64,000 bases of DNA, taken from assembly GCA_965243025.1 (NCBI GenBank), contig CBDETY010000003.1:2624001-2688000 (forward strand), in the 5' to 3' direction. Positions 10,276-18,806 of this stretch are shown here, in pieces. The DNA is from Candidatus Latescibacterota bacterium (lineage in GTDB: Bacteria; Latescibacterota; UBA2968; UBA8231). The stretch's first letter is position 1, and every line of letters starts with the position of its first letter. The position numbers and the translations under genes were made by a program. The notes under the pieces were generated by a model. The model did no database searches and was not told the origin of the DNA. It was given only the letters and a program-made list of their open reading frames with translations.

Positions 10276-11693
10276 TGGACCGGCCGAACATCCTCTTCAT
10301 CAACACCGACCAGCAGACGTGGAACGTCGTCTCGGCCTACGGCAATCCTCACGTCCGAACGCCCCACATGGATCGCCTGCACCGGAACGGGACCTCCTTC
10401 ATGCGGAGCTATTGTGCCGATCCGGTCTGCTCGGCCTCACGTGCCAGTTGGATGACCGGACGGTACACATCCGAGAACGGCGTCTGCTTCAACGCCGGCC
10501 TGATGCACGAGGGCATTCCCGATCTGGGACAGATCCTGAGCAGGAACGGCTACGACGCCGTCCACTGCGGGAAGTGGCACATCGGCGGTCGGTCGATGAG
10601 AGACAGCTTCCAAAACCTCTACACGGGCAACTGTGACATCGCTGCGGGAGGAGCGGAGTACTACGATCGCGTCTCCACCCACGCTCTGATCGACTTCCTT
10701 GACAGCCGTAATTCGTCGAAGCCGTTCTATCTCCAGATCGGCCTCGTCAACCCCCACGACATCTGCGAGTACGAGCACAACCACGAGGTCAAAGCGATCC
10801 CCGGCCCGGAAACGCAAGGGTTTTCTCCCGACGCACTCCCGCCCCTGCCTGAGAATTTTGATTACGACGAACGGGAGACGGTCGTCCAGCAGGTCTTCCG
10901 TCGCGGCAACCAGCCGCTGATTCATCACCGAATCGTGAACGGAATCGCTGACTGGACGGACAACCAGTGGCGCTTTCTGGCGTGGAACCACGCCCGATTC
11001 ACCGAAATGGCCGATCACCAGATCGGCTTGATCCTCAACGCGCTCGAGAGAAGTCCCTTCCGGGACGACACGCTGATCATCTTCATGGCCGACCACGGTG
11101 AAGCAAACGGGCAGCATCGGACGTTCCAGAAGTTCGCGCTTTACGAAGAGAGCATCCGCGTGCCCACCATCGTCGCAACCCTTGGCGATCGTCTGGACGT
11201 GGGAAGCGGGGGATTCGACCGGGAGCACTTCGTGTCGGGCGTCGACTTCCTCCCGACCGTCCTCGACTACGCAGCTGTCGACGCGCCTGACGATGTGCAA
11301 GGCAGAAGCCTGCGTCCCCTCCTCGAGAGGGGTGCCTCAGACTGGCCCGAATATGCCTACGTGGAGAGCAACTACTGGGGCCGTGCGATCATCACCGGGC
11401 GGTTCAAGTACGTCACCGAGTACAGGCCGACCGAACCCGAGGACTTCATCCCTCCAGGACCGGACCCCGACGCCCTCGGCCTGGAGCAGCTGTTCGATCT
11501 CGACAACGACCCGTGGGAGACGAAGAACATCGCCTCGGAACCCGAGTTTGCGGACGCCGTCGGATCGTGTCGAGCGAAACTTCTCGAACACGAAAGCAGA
11601 CTGGTTCGGCGACCGCTTCGTGACGGCAGTCCTCGTGACAGAGTGATCGAATGGGGCGACGCCCTCCGCCAACGCTGGGCCACGTCCGAATGA
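10275..11693 (+). CDS. Sulfatase (S1 family)
   Basis: RPNILFINTDQQ, CSASRASWMTG, GKWH, ADHGE, LYEESIRVP, LFDLDNDPWE. Confidence 0.93.
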   Translation: MDRPNILFINTDQQTWNVVSAYGNPHVRTPHMDRLHRNGTSFMRSYCADPVCSASRASWMTGRYTSENGVCFNAGLMHEGIPDLGQILSRNGYDAVHCGKWHIGGRSMRDSFQNLYTGNCDIAAGGAEYYDRVSTHALIDFLDSRNSSKPFYLQIGLVNPHDICEYEHNHEVKAIPGPETQGFSPDALPPLPENFDYDERETVVQQVFRRGNQPLIHHRIVNGIADWTDNQWRFLAWNHARFTEMADHQIGLILNALERSPFRDDTLIIFMADHGEANGQHRTFQKFALYEESIRVPTIVATLGDRLDVGSGGFDREHFVSGVDFLPTVLDYAAVDAPDDVQGRSLRPLLERGASDWPEYAYVESNYWGRAIITGRFKYVTEYRPTEPEDFIPPGPDPDALGLEQLFDLDNDPWETKNIASEPEFADAVGSCRAKLLEHESRLVRRPLRDGSPRDRVIEWGDALRQRWATSE

Positions 11694-11773
11694 CGCAACC
11701 ACCCCACTACTCGAACCGCCCAGGTCCAGGTGGGAGATCGAACCGGTTGAGTAGAGGAAGCAGCGCGCGCGGG

Positions 11774-13711
11774 TCAGAAAGGGCCGGCGCTGGCAGGTTC
11801 GTTCACGTAGCGCTGCGTACCCAGCTCGAGGGTCATCTCTGTCCCGGCCGGCAGCGCCACCTGCAGGTGCCTGCCGTTCACCGAAATCCGGCGCCTCTCC
11901 GCCGTGGTGGGGTCGGGCGCATAGCGGTTGGGGGGGCCCGGATAAGGGCTCGCCAACGCGTCGTACTCCGCGTCCGTGAACCGGTGCTCTCCGTAGCCGC
12001 CGGCCTGAACGATCAGCTCACGGTCCTCTTGCGGGTTGAGATTGACGAGGCGGACTACGGTGCGGTCGGCCTCCAACTTCTCGACCAGGGCGGCGACATC
12101 CTCGGGAAGTCCCGGCCGTCTGGCCCCACGGTCGAAGTAACGCAACCGGCAGTGGAGGAGGCCGCCGTTGTAGATCGGCTGCGGGGCGCCGAGGGTCAGC
12201 TGGATGAGGGCCTCGGACGAAACCGGGTTCGTGTCTTGCCAGCGGTGGACGTCGCGAAGGGTGCCGACTTCGGTCTCGGCGCGAACCAGAGCGAGGCGCC
12301 AGGCCACCTGCTGGTAGCTGGCCTGCAGGATGCATTCGGGATAGTCCGGGTTGGCGCCGGCCAGGAAACGCAGCCAGGGTTGTTCGTGGATTGAGTCCTC
12401 CTTGCTGCGGAAGGAGACGACGGTATTCCAGTCGTAGGCCTCGGCTTTTCGCACGCGCTCGATGCGCTGCCAATCCTCGTCAGCCATCGACAGGTTCCAA
12501 AGCGCTGCGAGGAAGACGGGTGAAGGGGGCTGCCAGTCGAACCAGCCGGCGTCGCCGTAACGGTACGGCACCAGCAAGGTCTCCGTGCGCTCGCCCATGG
12601 CCGTGAACTGGCCGATCCAGTGGTGTCTCAGACTCATGTGCTCGCGCCGGACATCGCGAATCTGCCCCAGCTCGAGTATCCGGTCCATCTGACGCCGCGG
12701 AAATTCCAGGTAGCGGTTGTCCCGCGTCAGCAGATAGGCATTGGCGGCTGCGACGGTCACCGTCATCTGCAGGTTGTACCAGCCGTGATAGAGCGTCCAG
12801 CCGTAGAATCCGCCGTGCCACTTGCCGTCGATGTATTCCCCCACCTCCCCGGAGTGACCGACGTTGTCGGGGATCAACCCGTCGTTGGCCCGCGCCCTCT
12901 CGATCCATGCGTCGGTGTACTCGACAACCCAGTCGCGATACTTCTCCTCGCCGGTGAGCAGGAAGGCGTTCGTGACCAGACTCGAGATCGCGAGGTTGGC
13001 GGGCACGTCCCCTCTGTACCAGCGTCCGTGAACGGCTTCGCCCACACGCCTCGCCTTTTCGTCGTCCTGCGTGTCCTTCCAGCTCTGGATGTCGGGTAGT
13101 TCGTACGTGGGCAGACCGTAGTTCTCGCGCGCGCGAAACGGCTGCGGCTGCGCGTCAGTCGGTGTCCGGCGAGCGCCGCCCGAGCCGTTGAACGGCGACA
13201 GGATGATCCGGTGCTCGCGATCGTAGTTGATGGCTTCGGGATCCTCGTTCAGGTAGAATCCGGCGAAGCGCCGCGCCCGTATGGCGAGGCTGGCGTTGGC
13301 CGGATCGGCCATGCACAGGTGGTAGAAGAAGATGTCGCTCTCCGACTGGTGGAACTGGTCTTCGCACCGGGCGTACTCCTTGTGCACGGTACCGCACCGG
13401 GTGAGCTGTCGCGTGATCCCTTCCCAGCCGCGATGCGCCATTTCCAGCAGATGGCCGCCACCCCCCATCAGGTAGAGGAGGGGCCAGCTGAAGAACGCCT
13501 CGTAGAAATCGTCGGGGCTGCTGCCGCCGAAACCATAATCGTCGGGGCTGACGCCGCCGATACTGTCGTCCCAGTACAGCTCGCCGTCGTCGCGCACGTA
13601 CCGGTCCCAGAAGGGAAGGGCCGATCTCTCCATGGTCTGCAGCAGGAGACGCTGCTGGACAGCCCATGAGGGTGGGGTGGTGACGGGTACGCTGGCCGTA
13701 ATCTTCTCCAT
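11774..13711 (-). CDS. Conserved hypothetical protein, probably an alpha/alpha-barrel (six-hairpin glycosidase/lyase-like)
   Basis: 645 aa, Trp/Tyr-rich; DDFYEAF, GLIPDNVG, GKWHGGFYGW, RPGLPEDVAALV; GAGGAG RBS; fold is inferred. Confidence 0.75.
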   Translation of the reverse strand: MEKITASVPVTTPPSWAVQQRLLLQTMERSALPFWDRYVRDDGELYWDDSIGGVSPDDYGFGGSSPDDFYEAFFSWPLLYLMGGGGHLLEMAHRGWEGITRQLTRCGTVHKEYARCEDQFHQSESDIFFYHLCMADPANASLAIRARRFAGFYLNEDPEAINYDREHRIILSPFNGSGGARRTPTDAQPQPFRARENYGLPTYELPDIQSWKDTQDDEKARRVGEAVHGRWYRGDVPANLAISSLVTNAFLLTGEEKYRDWVVEYTDAWIERARANDGLIPDNVGHSGEVGEYIDGKWHGGFYGWTLYHGWYNLQMTVTVAAANAYLLTRDNRYLEFPRRQMDRILELGQIRDVRREHMSLRHHWIGQFTAMGERTETLLVPYRYGDAGWFDWQPPSPVFLAALWNLSMADEDWQRIERVRKAEAYDWNTVVSFRSKEDSIHEQPWLRFLAGANPDYPECILQASYQQVAWRLALVRAETEVGTLRDVHRWQDTNPVSSEALIQLTLGAPQPIYNGGLLHCRLRYFDRGARRPGLPEDVAALVEKLEADRTVVRLVNLNPQEDRELIVQAGGYGEHRFTDAEYDALASPYPGPPNRYAPDPTTAERRRISVNGRHLQVALPAGTEMTLELGTQRYVNEPASAGPF

Positions 13712-13919
13712 GCTCTCCTCGCGGTGATGTCATTTACCGGTAGTGTGTGAATGGCGACCGGATTCGAGTGACTTGCGCAGCTCATCCCTGCTGACCCCGA
13801 TCTCACCGGGGCGCCAGCGCACCTTGCACACGTCGAGCCAACCTGTGATCGTTTCGGTGTCGTCTTCGCAGTGCCATGCGACGACGAGCGCCGAGGGCAT
13901 GTGTGGCGGCTTTCCGGGT

Positions 13920-16646
13920 TCAGTAGGCCACGGCGATGGTGCGCAGGAGCTCCCGGCTGGTCAGCGCGTTATCACCGGTGTCACCATCGACGCCGAGCCT
14001 CACGGCATACACCCCGGGCGGCACGAGCGCTCCCTGCCGGTCACGTCCGTCCCAGGTGATCTCGAGAGGCCCTGCGCTCACCTGGCGCACCTCGACGCGG
14101 CGAGCCACGAGCCGCCCGCTCAGATCGAAGATCTCCGCTTTGACCGCCGTGTTTGGCGCAGCCAGCAGGACGGTGAAGGCCAGGGTCGATTCTTCATTCA
14201 CGCCGTCCCCATTCGGCGTCAGGACCGGCGGATCGATCGTCAAGTCCACGAACAGATCGTTACTCTGCGTCGCAGCCAGTACCATGAGAGAGGAGCGGGG
14301 AACCTTCTCGTCTACCCGCTGCCAGGCCCCCTGTCCGCTTTCGCTGCGGCGCAGGCTGGCATGCAGGCGCCCGCCCGCCGAGAACAGAGTGCCGGTGAAC
14401 TCCAGTCTGATCTTCTCCACGTCGTCGGAGCGCTCGATGGCGGGGAAGCTGAGATGGAGGCTGTCTCCTTCGGCCAGCGTCTCGACCCCGGACAGGGCCA
14501 GCCCGCTCATATCGGCCGCCTCGGCCAGCTCCGACTCCTTGCCGGCGTAGAGCGTCCCGTAGGTGAGCTGCATCCCCGCCGGCGGCTTCACGAGAAGCTC
14601 GTCGAATCCGGCTGTCAGGGTGTCGACCGCTACCCCGAGAATGTAGGGTCGGGCCTCTCCCAGGAGCTCGACCAATCCCGGTTTCAGCTCGCCGACCAGC
14701 CGCCGCGCGACGGGGCTGTCGAAGCTGAGCCGGATGCTCTTGAGCGTAGCTCGAGCATGGGGATCGTCTGACCGCAGGGTCGCCCTGACGAGGAGGTACT
14801 CCCGCGGCGAAGGCGAGGTGATGGCGCTTCCCTCCGGGTCGGTGTACGGCTCGCTCCACGGCTCCCAGTCACCGGCGGCGACCAGCTCGGGCACGATCGG
14901 CCCTTTTCCGAGCCGGAGCTTGTCGTACGCCTTCCTGGCCTCCTCCTCGGTCTCCCTGACGAGCTCGAGGGTGTCTTCGCCGACGATGCGGAAGTAGTGG
15001 AACGCCGTATCGAGCCTGGCGCCCGTCCGCGTCTGCAGGGCCACCTCGGTGCCAGGGGGTGTGTCGGCATCCCACTCGATGGCAAAGAGGTTGCGGCTCC
15101 CTCTCAACGGGATGAGGCTGGAAGTAAGTGTCACCTCGGGTTGGTAGCCCTCCCCGAAGACCTGGATCTCCGCCAGGTTGACGGTGAGAGCCGCCGTGCC
15201 CTCCGGGTGCATGAGCCATTCCAGTCTCACGTAACGGGCCTTGATCGGCTCGAAGTCGGCCTCGTCGAGGACGATGATGCGCGATCGCGTGAAAGGCGTC
15301 TCGTCGAAGAGCTTCCTGTCCCATTTCAGACTGCCGTCCACTTCGCGGGTGCCGTCGGAGAAGTCGAGCCCCCACTCCGGCAGGGTGCGGGCGTGCGGCG
15401 TTCCCCGGAACTGAATCATGTGGCGGTAGCCGTCGACCCAGAACAGAGAGCCCAGATCGACACGCATGTTGTACCAATCAGAGGTCTGGCCGATATAGAG
15501 GGAGAGGTTCTGATGACTCGACAGATCGCCGTCGGTGAGCGTGGCCGGCGGTTTGAGCACATTGGGAAGCGTCCACGTCAGGCACGGCGGCTCCTGGCAT
15601 CTTCTCGCGAAGCCCTCGAAGATGTCGTCCCCCTTGGACCAGACCTCCAGCTCCGCCAGCCTGGGACGTTCGCGGAGCCAGTATCGAACCGGGCCCTGCC
15701 GGTGAGACGGCAACTCCTCCCACACGTCCTTCGAGACCGCCCGCTCTCCACTCGGCAGGAGCTTCTTCACGTACTCTACCATCCCCGTATCCCGGGGCGC
15801 ATTCACCCGCACGGAATCGTAGATCGCCTCGCTCACCTGGCGGCCCCGCCTGAAGGCGCTTCCGTGAACGACGACCTGCACGTGGCGAACCAGGCGTTTG
15901 CGCACTTCCGGATCCTGTGTCACCTCGGCAAACGATGGGTGCCAGCCCTGTTGCTCTGCAAAGGTCTCGAAGGCCCACCATCTCTCCACCGTCTCGACGC
16001 GTCTGAACTGGGACATATCGATCTCGAACTGGCGCTGGCTCTTGTTCGGCTCGAGGGTCGTGTGCACGCGCGCGAACTCCAGGCTCTCGGCGCCTTGCGC
16101 TGCTGTGGGCGTCTGTCCGTCCGACGTCAAAACATCGAATAGAAGGAAGGGGTCACCCAGATCCTCGTCCACGAACTTGAGCACGATCTTCTCGGCCATG
16201 ACGATCTTGCCCAGATCGACGGTAAACCACGCCTGAGATGCCGGATCGATGGTCTCGTCATCGGGAAAGGAGGGTTCCCAGTAGGTGCTCGGGTCGCCGT
16301 CGAAGAGATTCGCCGTTGCGCGGTGATTCGACCCCGCATCGATGGCGTCGAGGAGCTCGAACTCCTCCGGCGCCTTCCTGGAGAGGTACTCGGGCGGATT
16401 CCTGCGAAGGTTCTGCACAATTTCGTGCTCTGTGGCGACGCTCGTCCCCTTGCTCCAGAAATGAGGCCCCACTGCGCCTGCCGGGAGCACGTCCACCGTG
16501 CCCTCGGGGAAGCGCCATTGCTGCCAGTGCTCCTCATCGGAGATGACGACCTGATTGGCGCGGATGTGGTGTCCGTCCTGACCCCGTACGCCGGCTGTTA
16601 ACGCCAGGAGAAGGGAGCCACTCACGGCGAATCGTCTCACCATCAT
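13920..16646 (-). CDS. Secreted protein with discoidin-like domains and C-terminal TPNGDG/FlgD-Ig domain (substrate paralog 3)
   Basis: Signal peptide; NLFDGDPSTYW/FTVDLG discoidin motifs; LTPNGDGVNE...IFDLSGR...WDGRD..G.LVPPG.Y; ends VAY. Confidence 0.85.
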   Translation of the reverse strand: MMVRRFAVSGSLLLALTAGVRGQDGHHIRANQVVISDEEHWQQWRFPEGTVDVLPAGAVGPHFWSKGTSVATEHEIVQNLRRNPPEYLSRKAPEEFELLDAIDAGSNHRATANLFDGDPSTYWEPSFPDDETIDPASQAWFTVDLGKIVMAEKIVLKFVDEDLGDPFLLFDVLTSDGQTPTAAQGAESLEFARVHTTLEPNKSQRQFEIDMSQFRRVETVERWWAFETFAEQQGWHPSFAEVTQDPEVRKRLVRHVQVVVHGSAFRRGRQVSEAIYDSVRVNAPRDTGMVEYVKKLLPSGERAVSKDVWEELPSHRQGPVRYWLRERPRLAELEVWSKGDDIFEGFARRCQEPPCLTWTLPNVLKPPATLTDGDLSSHQNLSLYIGQTSDWYNMRVDLGSLFWVDGYRHMIQFRGTPHARTLPEWGLDFSDGTREVDGSLKWDRKLFDETPFTRSRIIVLDEADFEPIKARYVRLEWLMHPEGTAALTVNLAEIQVFGEGYQPEVTLTSSLIPLRGSRNLFAIEWDADTPPGTEVALQTRTGARLDTAFHYFRIVGEDTLELVRETEEEARKAYDKLRLGKGPIVPELVAAGDWEPWSEPYTDPEGSAITSPSPREYLLVRATLRSDDPHARATLKSIRLSFDSPVARRLVGELKPGLVELLGEARPYILGVAVDTLTAGFDELLVKPPAGMQLTYGTLYAGKESELAEAADMSGLALSGVETLAEGDSLHLSFPAIERSDDVEKIRLEFTGTLFSAGGRLHASLRRSESGQGAWQRVDEKVPRSSLMVLAATQSNDLFVDLTIDPPVLTPNGDGVNEESTLAFTVLLAAPNTAVKAEIFDLSGRLVARRVEVRQVSAGPLEITWDGRDRQGALVPPGVYAVRLGVDGDTGDNALTSRELLRTIAVAY

Positions 16647-16677
16647 TGTCTCCTAGTAGACATTGTCTCCTAGTAGA
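16644..16677. repeat. Perfect 17-bp tandem duplication containing stop codon, RBS and ATG
   Basis: cattgtctcctagtaga at 16644-16660 and 16661-16677 (minus strand TCTACTAGGAGACAATG twice). Confidence 0.95.
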
Positions 16678-18724
16678 CCACCGGCACCGCAGCGGTGGCC
16701 GTCTCCGAACCGCGATCGGTTTCTACCTCGAGCCGAAGCAGGTACAGACCGGGCGGCACCAGATCGTTGCCGTCGTCGGTGCCGTCCCAGGCGGCCGGAA
16801 AGCGACCACTGCCGGCGGCGGGAAGGAGAACGCTGGAGATCCGCGAGCCCGACAGATCGAACACTCCCAGCGCGGCCTGCACTTGCCCGGCCACGTTGAC
16901 CAGATCGTACTCGACTTGAAGCACGTCGTTGATGCCATCCCCGTTGGGCGTGAACGGGGAGACCCGGAACGCACGGATCACAGCTTTCCCGATCTGCACC
17001 GGATGTACCGTCAGGGAGTTGCTGTCCGCGAGCGGATCGGCGTCTCCGGCCGTCACCCGCTGATGCACCTCGTGCGGCCGGTCGCTGGCGAAGACGCGGG
17101 CGGAAAAGACGGTACCCACCTTGAACACCTCGGACTGGAATACCACCTCGATCAGATCGCCGCTCTGAACCGGACCGATGCGCGGAATCTGCACCGCAAA
17201 CCGTTCGCCGTCGTGGGGATCGACGCCGAACTCGCCGGCGCGCAACGTATCGAGCCCGATACGAACCTCATCGACGCTCGCCGGCGCCACCGGCGTCTCG
17301 ATCTCGATGGTATCGAACCCCAGATCCCGCTCGCCGATGTCCGGCCGCAGCTTGTAGGTGAATCGGGTCAGTTCGGCGAGCGGCACCTGCTGCGGCTCGA
17401 TCTCCGCCACCACCTGTGAGGCCGCCGGCGGCGTCGACACGGCGAACTGCAGAAAGTCGAGCCGCGCCCCTGCCTGCGCCTTCGAAGAGCTGAAGTCGGC
17501 CTGCAACTGCACGAACGCGTGCGGTCTGTCACCCACCAGATCGGCGCGGCCATCCTCGAAGTCGAGCGGCGGCGTCCAGAACTCCCAGTTCTGCTGATCG
17601 GGACTGGTGCCGGCCTTCTCCCCTGCTTCGAGCCTTCCGTAAGCCCTGCGCGTCAGCGGTCGCCCGGCGGCGTCCAGCGCAGTGCGCTCGTCTCCTCGAA
17701 ACGTCTTGCGCCAGTAAATGTTGGGGTCGTCGTCTCGGCCGCTGCGCATGGACAGGTCCAGCCGTGCGCCCTCCGGGACCTCGCCGCCCCAGGTCAGCTC
17801 ACCCAGGCTCGACAGGTGGTCCGGCGTGCAGTCCAGCAGGTCGGCGCCGCCGCAGCCCAGGGGGATGAGCTGGGTAGTGTAGTTCGCCTGCGAGGCGAAC
17901 CCGTCTGCGTAGATCTCCAACTCGGCGATCTCCCACGGCAGGTTGTTCACGGCCTGGAGGAGGATTCCGGCGACCGGTTCGTCCGGTAGCTTCAGGTCGA
18001 GAAGGGGCGTCGTGTTCTCCCTGATGTCGTAGCGCACGTCGAAATAGAGGCGAGTTCCGCCGCGCCATTCCACGTGCCCGTCGTGCGCGCCGGCGGTGCC
18101 TAACCCACCATCGTTCGTGCCCAGGCGGAGGGCGGAGATGAAGCGCTCGTTGAAAAAAGTCTGCGACGGCTGCATGACGATCCGGTTGATCGGCAGGGGA
18201 GACGGCGTCTCTTCCCCGAATTGGATCCAGATCGCCCTGCACCTGTCCGAACGCTCCGGGCTCGTAACGGGGAGCCCGCTCCCATCGGCCTGCACGGCAT
18301 CCCAGTTCCCGCAAAACAGCTGGAACCAGATCCCGAGTCCCGTGTAGGCCGTCTCGTAGTCGCCGTCGAACATGAGATCGAGTTCCGGAGCTTCAGACCA
18401 GTGGCCGATGTGGTCCATGACCCTGATGGATCCTCCCCGCTCCCGGATGAGGGGAGTGAGGTTGACACTCGGGTCGAGCTGTTCGGGCTGCAGGAAGTCC
18501 GGCGTCGGCGCCACGAGGTGAGCGCTGCCGAATTTCCCGGCATCGACGACATCGTCCCATTCCAGGAAATGGCAGGTCACGTTCACATCGCCGCACTGCT
18601 CGGGGGCATCGAGATTCGCGCCGCCTATGCGGTAGATGTCGAGGGCGGAGGACGGTCGAGGTACACCGAGGGACAGCACGCCGAAGGCGCACAGCAGACA
18701 GGCGAGGTTGGGAATTCTCATCAT
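16670..18724 (-). CDS. Secreted protein with C-terminal TPNGDG/FlgD-Ig domain (substrate paralog 2)
   Basis: Signal peptide MMRIPNL...SSA; MFDGD; FTPNGDGIND...VFDLSG...WDGTD..LVPPGLY; ends VVY. Confidence 0.85.
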   Translation of the reverse strand: MMRIPNLACLLCAFGVLSLGVPRPSSALDIYRIGGANLDAPEQCGDVNVTCHFLEWDDVVDAGKFGSAHLVAPTPDFLQPEQLDPSVNLTPLIRERGGSIRVMDHIGHWSEAPELDLMFDGDYETAYTGLGIWFQLFCGNWDAVQADGSGLPVTSPERSDRCRAIWIQFGEETPSPLPINRIVMQPSQTFFNERFISALRLGTNDGGLGTAGAHDGHVEWRGGTRLYFDVRYDIRENTTPLLDLKLPDEPVAGILLQAVNNLPWEIAELEIYADGFASQANYTTQLIPLGCGGADLLDCTPDHLSSLGELTWGGEVPEGARLDLSMRSGRDDDPNIYWRKTFRGDERTALDAAGRPLTRRAYGRLEAGEKAGTSPDQQNWEFWTPPLDFEDGRADLVGDRPHAFVQLQADFSSSKAQAGARLDFLQFAVSTPPAASQVVAEIEPQQVPLAELTRFTYKLRPDIGERDLGFDTIEIETPVAPASVDEVRIGLDTLRAGEFGVDPHDGERFAVQIPRIGPVQSGDLIEVVFQSEVFKVGTVFSARVFASDRPHEVHQRVTAGDADPLADSNSLTVHPVQIGKAVIRAFRVSPFTPNGDGINDVLQVEYDLVNVAGQVQAALGVFDLSGSRISSVLLPAAGSGRFPAAWDGTDDGNDLVPPGLYLLRLEVETDRGSETATAAVPVVY

Positions 18725-18755
18725 CGCGGGAACCCCCCTGCAAGGGGCCTCACTT

Positions 18756-18764
18756 AATATACCA
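18756..18764 (-). promoter_or_regulatory. Putative extended -10 promoter (TGGTATATT)
   Basis: TGnTATAnT match about 30 bp upstream of the 18724 start; similar TGGTATAGA upstream of 34570. Confidence 0.4.
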
Positions 18765-18806
18765 ACATGTACACACCATCCCATTCCCCCCATTCCCCCA
18801 ATAAAG

